Of a stretch of 64,000 nucleotides of DNA, positions 59,636 through 64,000 are shown in pieces. A program made the position numbers and the translations under genes. Where the stretch lies: positions 832,001 to 896,000 of the forward strand of contig CAVSBL010000002.1 of assembly GCA_963726255.1 (NCBI GenBank), in the 5' to 3' direction. This stretch comes from Candidatus Bathyarchaeota archaeon. Its GTDB lineage: Archaea; Thermoproteota; Bathyarchaeia; 40CM-2-53-6. The notes beneath the pieces were generated by a model, which was not told the origin of the DNA, did no database searches, and saw nothing but the letters and a program-made list of their open reading frames with translations. Each line of letters starts with the position of its first letter. The first letter of the stretch is position 1.

Positions 59636-61098
59636 TTAGGCTAAGGCGAATTGGTTTTCGAAAAAGTAACGCGTCGCCCCAAGTGTTTGAACCTCTAATG
59701 GCCTAACGTTCACTACGAGCGGAAAGTTAGCTACGACATCTCCAATCACTAAGCAGCGGTGCGGCGGCAAGTCGCGCACAATCATTCTTATCGTGTCCGC
59801 GTCTACCTTAGCGACTTTCGAAACTATCTCCAAATCATGTTCGTTGCTGAAGTTGAAGAGAAAAATGTTGTCGGCCTGGCGGTATATGCTACTCTGAATC
59901 GTGTCTGGTTGGTTGGTGATGAAGGTGGTGAACAAGCCTAGGTGCCGCATCCGCGTGACTACATCGTCCCAGTATGTTTCCCGGAGGTAAAGGTGGGCTT
60001 CTTCAGCGAACAGGAATAGCGCCCGCAGCCTCTGACTCGAGAGGAGGTCCGTGAGTTTGCTGATCAGCAGCTCGACTGTGATTCTCCGAAGCGCCGAATA
60101 CTGATCTTTCATGTTTACGATGAGAGCGCAGCCGTCGGCGTGGTTCCTGAAAACATCTTCAAGGTTAAGGGCAGTTCGTGCATCGTCCGTAAAGATGCCT
60201 GAATCTTCAAGTGTGTTGTACCTAGCTTGAAGGGCGTCCTTGATGCTTTCATGGCAGTCGAAGCTCGCGATTGCTGCACCTAGGCCGCTCATTGTGAGTT
60301 GGTTCTGTTCTTCGAGCTCATGCCAAATGCGGGCGAATACACGCGCCGAATTCTCCGGCAGCGAAAGGGCGTAGATCAGCGTCCCAAGGAGCGTACTCAA
60401 GCCGACTTGCTTCAAGCTGAACCTCAGGTTCAAGCCAGGGATCAAGGAAATGATCTTGGGTGAAAGGTGCATCTGCCGGCCGTCCGGCGTCTGTCCCAGG
60501 TTCACGTATTCTCCGTTGACGTCAAGGACGACGATGGGGGCACCCTCTTGTACCAAGCTGGTCACGAGAAGTTTCGTAAGGTGCGACTTACCCGTTCCCT
60601 TCCGCCCCGTAACAATGTTGAGCCGGCCATCCAACGCGCTGAGGTCGGATGACAGGTGGCGGATTCGACGCGTAGAGCCTAGCTCGAAAGAATGCTTCGC
60701 TGCGAGGGCCTCGATAAGGAATTTTGGCGGCATCACTTCAACCTGGGAGTGGTTTCTTGAAGGCAGCCAGGAAACGTCTCGACTGATTCGGCCCTCTTCA
60801 AGTGCTCCCGTATCTTTCCTAGAAGTAACCTCGTATCTTTGAGAACTGTGATTTGAGAAGATACCTTGAACGGGTCAACCTCGTCACCGGAGAGTGAACC
60901 CTCTGATATGCCATCCCGGAGAAGGTCTTCCAGGATGCCCGGGATGTTTGCGTATTCAATGTCGATTATCTGAACGATGAGAGAGCGTTCCTTGATCTTG
61001 TCGGTGATGAGTAAGTAGTCGCCTTTCTCCACTTCCTCCTCGGGGAAGCAGAGAAGTTGTATGCTGTCCCCTTCTTTGCGGAGGATTTTCAATGCCAT
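59636..61098 (-). CDS. herA: HerA-like ATPase, split by a -1 frameshift near 60807-60809
   Basis: HAS-barrel-like N-part; GRKGTGKS, LDVNGEY, FAEEAH, ITNQP. One extra G gives GKIRGALEEGRISRDVSWLPSR, joining the two ORFs. Confidence 0.8.
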
Positions 61099-62204
61099 GC
61101 CTCCCAAGCGGTCCCGAACGGGCCGAAGAGCGACCGGCGCAAGGCCAGTTTCGGTATCAGTTGTACGCCATAACGCGCGGCCGCAAAGGCTTGCATTGCT
61201 AACACGTCAGTGGCCGTGAAAGTTGAGATAATGTGTGCCATTCGGAGGGTTTCAGGATAGCCTTGGTCAACGATGTCCGTACCCGCCAATTCGCGAAAAC
61301 CCTTCATTGTTTCAGGTATCGAGATTCCCCGGTCCACATCCATTCTGAACGGGAACCCTGACCTTGCAAGCTTGCCAACGAACACACGGCCTAGGAAACG
61401 GACCGGGTACGGGGGAAACTGATCGGTGACTTGTTCGTCAACTCCCAAGATGCAGGGTTCTGACTTGCCCTCGAGAAGTTCAGTCAGCGACCGATTGTTG
61501 ATTCGCAGTTTAGTTTTCTTAGAGATGGCAATTACAGCACTTCCAGCTCGCCGGGCGGTTTCGAGGATTCGTTCGAGGTCCTTCGAGGGATTGTCGGGCG
61601 TCCCCGCGGTCAGCGAACCGTCAAGCAGGATGAACCCGTCCGCAATCGATGTACACGCGTTGAATTGCAGCCACCGTTCCAGAACGTTTCGTATTCGCTT
61701 GAGAAGGCTGTCGACATTTGGCTCGCCAGCGAAAGGCGGTAACCCTAACCCTGCGAAATCCTGAGAAGCGGCCAAATTGTTGTAACCGATTGAAAAGACG
61801 AGCGGCCCATACCTCACGTACCTGTAGTGTTTACCCTCAAGTATAACAAGGGCTCCCCTTACCGCGCAAAGCGCGCCGTCGACCATCTCGCCGAGCTTAA
61901 TGGTGGAGGTATCGACCGCAACAACTGGCCGAGTTGACGGTATTGGTTCTAGCCGAACGAGCTGCTCGTCGTCGAACGCGTTTAGTTCTAGCGTGGAGGC
62001 TTCGGCGCCGTCGTACTCTGTGGTAGCTAGGTCGGGCGAAAGGACGGGGTCGGTGTAGATGAGGTTGCCCCTTATGCCTTCGATTGAGTGTCGGCAAAAT
62101 TCGATGAAACGCTCTGGTATAGCTCCGCTGAGCGAATCCTCCTCGTAGAGAAAGTTACTTATCCTCTGTTGCGCATTCGAGGTTGGGTGGGTGCGGCGGT
62201 TCAT
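61089..62204 (-). CDS. nurA: NurA-like nuclease
   Basis: VAVDTS, LLDGSL, AISK, GYPETLRMAH; overlaps the herA start. Confidence 0.85.
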   Translation of the reverse strand: MNRRTHPTSNAQQRISNFLYEEDSLSGAIPERFIEFCRHSIEGIRGNLIYTDPVLSPDLATTEYDGAEASTLELNAFDDEQLVRLEPIPSTRPVVAVDTSTIKLGEMVDGALCAVRGALVILEGKHYRYVRYGPLVFSIGYNNLAASQDFAGLGLPPFAGEPNVDSLLKRIRNVLERWLQFNACTSIADGFILLDGSLTAGTPDNPSKDLERILETARRAGSAVIAISKKTKLRINNRSLTELLEGKSEPCILGVDEQVTDQFPPYPVRFLGRVFVGKLARSGFPFRMDVDRGISIPETMKGFRELAGTDIVDQGYPETLRMAHIISTFTATDVLAMQAFAAARYGVQLIPKLALRRSLFGPFGTAWEAWH

Positions 62205-62299
62205 TTCACTCTCGCCCCCTATGCGGTGGGATTCCCCCGAATCTCCCGCAGCCGCCGCACCACTCCGTTATGAGTGGCATGAGTTTACGAGACACCCCG

Positions 62300-62815
62300 C
62301 TACTGTGAGGTACCCCCTTTCGGAGAAACGCTGGATAGAGAGTTCTCCAGATCCATCAGCCCTTTCGAGGTGGCTCGATATTTCCCCCTCTCCGCCCGAT
62401 CGATAAGTCCGGATTTCTGAAGTTCGACTATAACGTTCCTAATCGTCTTGGGCGCCTTGCCAACCCCGGTGGCGATTTCCTCAATGCTAAGCGAGTCCCC
62501 GTCACGCTTACCCATCTTACCCGCCAAGTGAGCCATGAACAGAACAATCAAAATCGCCCTTTCGGCAGGGAGACCGTTTCTAACCAGAAGGAGCTGGCCC
62601 GTGTTAGTCATCTTCGCGAAATCGGAAATCTTGTCAGCCAAACCGGCCAGGTCAGGCACGTACACCAACTTCCTAGCCAGGTCGTAGGCTGGAACTGCTT
62701 GCGAGAGGAATTGAAGAATCTGCGGAACAATCTCTTCGACCGAACCGCTTCCATCGTAACGCATACCGTTTACTTCAATCTGAACCGTGATTTGCATGGT
62801 TTCGGCTTGCGTCAT
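62300..62815 (-). CDS. C-terminal wHTH protein, paralog 2
   Basis: LSIEEIATGVGKAPKTIRNVIVEL..SGLIDR...GKY. Confidence 0.75.
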   Translation of the reverse strand: MTQAETMQITVQIEVNGMRYDGSGSVEEIVPQILQFLSQAVPAYDLARKLVYVPDLAGLADKISDFAKMTNTGQLLLVRNGLPAERAILIVLFMAHLAGKMGKRDGDSLSIEEIATGVGKAPKTIRNVIVELQKSGLIDRAERGKYRATSKGLMDLENSLSSVSPKGGTSQ

Positions 62816-63354
62816 GGTTTGGAGCTCCCAGCTTCCCGCTTCAGTTTAGGAAGGACTTGAGTTTGGAAAACGTGCAAGCCGAGGGTGGTGGCTCTGTACT
62901 CACCCTTTCCCTTCCTCTCGGCCAAGCTTTCGCCGCAGAGTTCACTCAAGCGACCTGCGACTGTACCTGCAGTTTTCTTGCTTGATGCGATCAGATCTGC
63001 GGATTGAACGAAGTCTTTGTCGGACCTTCCGAGCATTTGCGCAATTCGCGCCTTCGCAAGGTGGAGGAGCATGAGTTCACGGTCCGCGAGGCTGTCAACG
63101 GGGACGGTGACGACGAGCCCCTCTGGGGTGAGTGCGAGGACGCCTTCGCACGCTTTGGCCAGTTCGTTTAGGTCGACTGATAACGCGAGGTGGGACGCGA
63201 GTTCGAGTTCAGGGATCGCTTTGGTCAGGAATGTGAAGACTTCTTTTGCGACTTGCTCGGGTTGGCCTGTAATCTTCTGCTCGAGGGTTCCGTACTTGAT
63301 GGTAACCTCTATCGGCAGTCCTACCCTTGTGAGCTGTTGTTGGCCTTCAGACAA
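62812..63354 (-). CDS. C-terminal wHTH protein, paralog 1
   Basis: TVAGRLSEL..ESLAERKGKGEYRAT; N-terminus similar to the downstream gene; 4-nt overlap. Confidence 0.75.
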   Translation of the reverse strand: MSEGQQQLTRVGLPIEVTIKYGTLEQKITGQPEQVAKEVFTFLTKAIPELELASHLALSVDLNELAKACEGVLALTPEGLVVTVPVDSLADRELMLLHLAKARIAQMLGRSDKDFVQSADLIASSKKTAGTVAGRLSELCGESLAERKGKGEYRATTLGLHVFQTQVLPKLKREAGSSKP

Positions 63355-63414
63355 TTTAGTTTCACTTCACATTCATTCCTACACTCTATAAAAGCTTTGA
63401 AGTGCAGAATGAGC

Positions 63415-63503
63415 CTGCTAGGTGTTACTCTGGTAGAGGCTGTGTTTTTGTGCGTAGGTGAGCAAGATGATGCTAGAAATGATGGTTCTGCTAGGTGTTA
63501 CTC
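63415..63503. repeat. Two exact 16-bp direct repeats CTGCTAGGTGTTACTC in a divergent promoter region
   Basis: Copies at 63415-63430 and 63488-63503, between TATA-like boxes near 63390 (minus) and 63555 (plus). Confidence 0.8.
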
Positions 63504-63589
63504 ACCTTCGACTCTGGCAAGTTCTGATGTGCATGGGCTCTGTTTTCGAACATTTTAAAGCTAGACTGTGCAGCATAGTCTGTTCAGCC

Positions 63590-63856
63590 TTGGACTATAA
63601 CGTACTGAAACTACGGATCTTGCGGTTGCTTTCGAAGACTGGGCCGGCGGATAGCAACTCCCTTGCAAACACGGTCATGGACACCAAGGATTCTGCGATC
63701 GATATTCATGCGCTTAGGATGGCTTTGATGCGTTACTACAAGCAGGGATTGTTGAGGCGTGAAAAGGCGGGCGGGATTTTCAGGTATGCGCTTACTGAGC
63801 GCGGAATTCAACGACTACGTTGGCTGGAAGGCCAGGCCGAGAAATCAAAAAGATAG
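63590..63856 (+). CDS. Small winged-helix DNA-binding protein
   Basis: TTG start MDYNVLKLRIL after TTTTAAAG; LRMALMRYYKQGLL.R...YALTERG. Confidence 0.75.
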   Translation: MDYNVLKLRILRLLSKTGPADSNSLANTVMDTKDSAIDIHALRMALMRYYKQGLLRREKAGGIFRYALTERGIQRLRWLEGQAEKSKR

Positions 63857-64000
63857 AAACATCGAACCCGGGGCGCCAGGAGCGTTATTAGTACTAATAG
63901 TATGATTAGGGCGTTATTGTGCTAAAAGTCATATTAGGCTTACGTGGTTGGGGGCCGGAGTTTGGGCAACACATCTTGCCTTATCCATTGCATTCCGGCG

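Noticed and set aside
63467-63530. Possible C/D box sRNA (ATGATG...CTGA)
   Set aside because: C box imperfect, with no clear D'/C' boxes or terminal stem.
29-63811. Numerous 60-160-aa antisense or alternate-frame ORFs in the track
   Set aside because: Shadow ORFs overlapping well-supported genes, with no motifs.

Overview
Gene-dense chromosomal window from a TACK-superphylum archaeon. PolB1, S25e, S30e, class I LysRS, thermosome, Rpo6 and a BHB-intron tRNA support this; Bathyarchaeia-like is an inference. About 1.5-29 kb is a cell-surface locus: GT2/Dpm1-like and three GT-C-type glycosyltransferases, two different archaeosortases (Ser-type and Cys-type), PEF- and PGF-like sorting-signal proteins including a 1382-aa S-layer candidate, and two KaiC/RAD55-like ATPases. 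About 29-64 kb is mostly housekeeping, ending in a wHTH-wHTH-nurA-herA cluster. The most unusual signal is a 1.7-kb island (39.03-40.75 kb). There, three small accessory genes are separated by five 28-bp 11-6-11 inverted-repeat sites (tyrosine-recombinase/dif geometry), two fused to tRNA 3'-end mimics, with no recombinase in the window. Missed by the ORF track: a tRNA-Arg(GCG) with two introns, rps30e with an apparent TTA start, a 52-aa zinc finger and a partial kinase-domain gene. Three single-base frameshifts in short runs suggest assembly indel errors, so single-base oddities need read-level checks. All calls come from manual motif reading; no searches were run.
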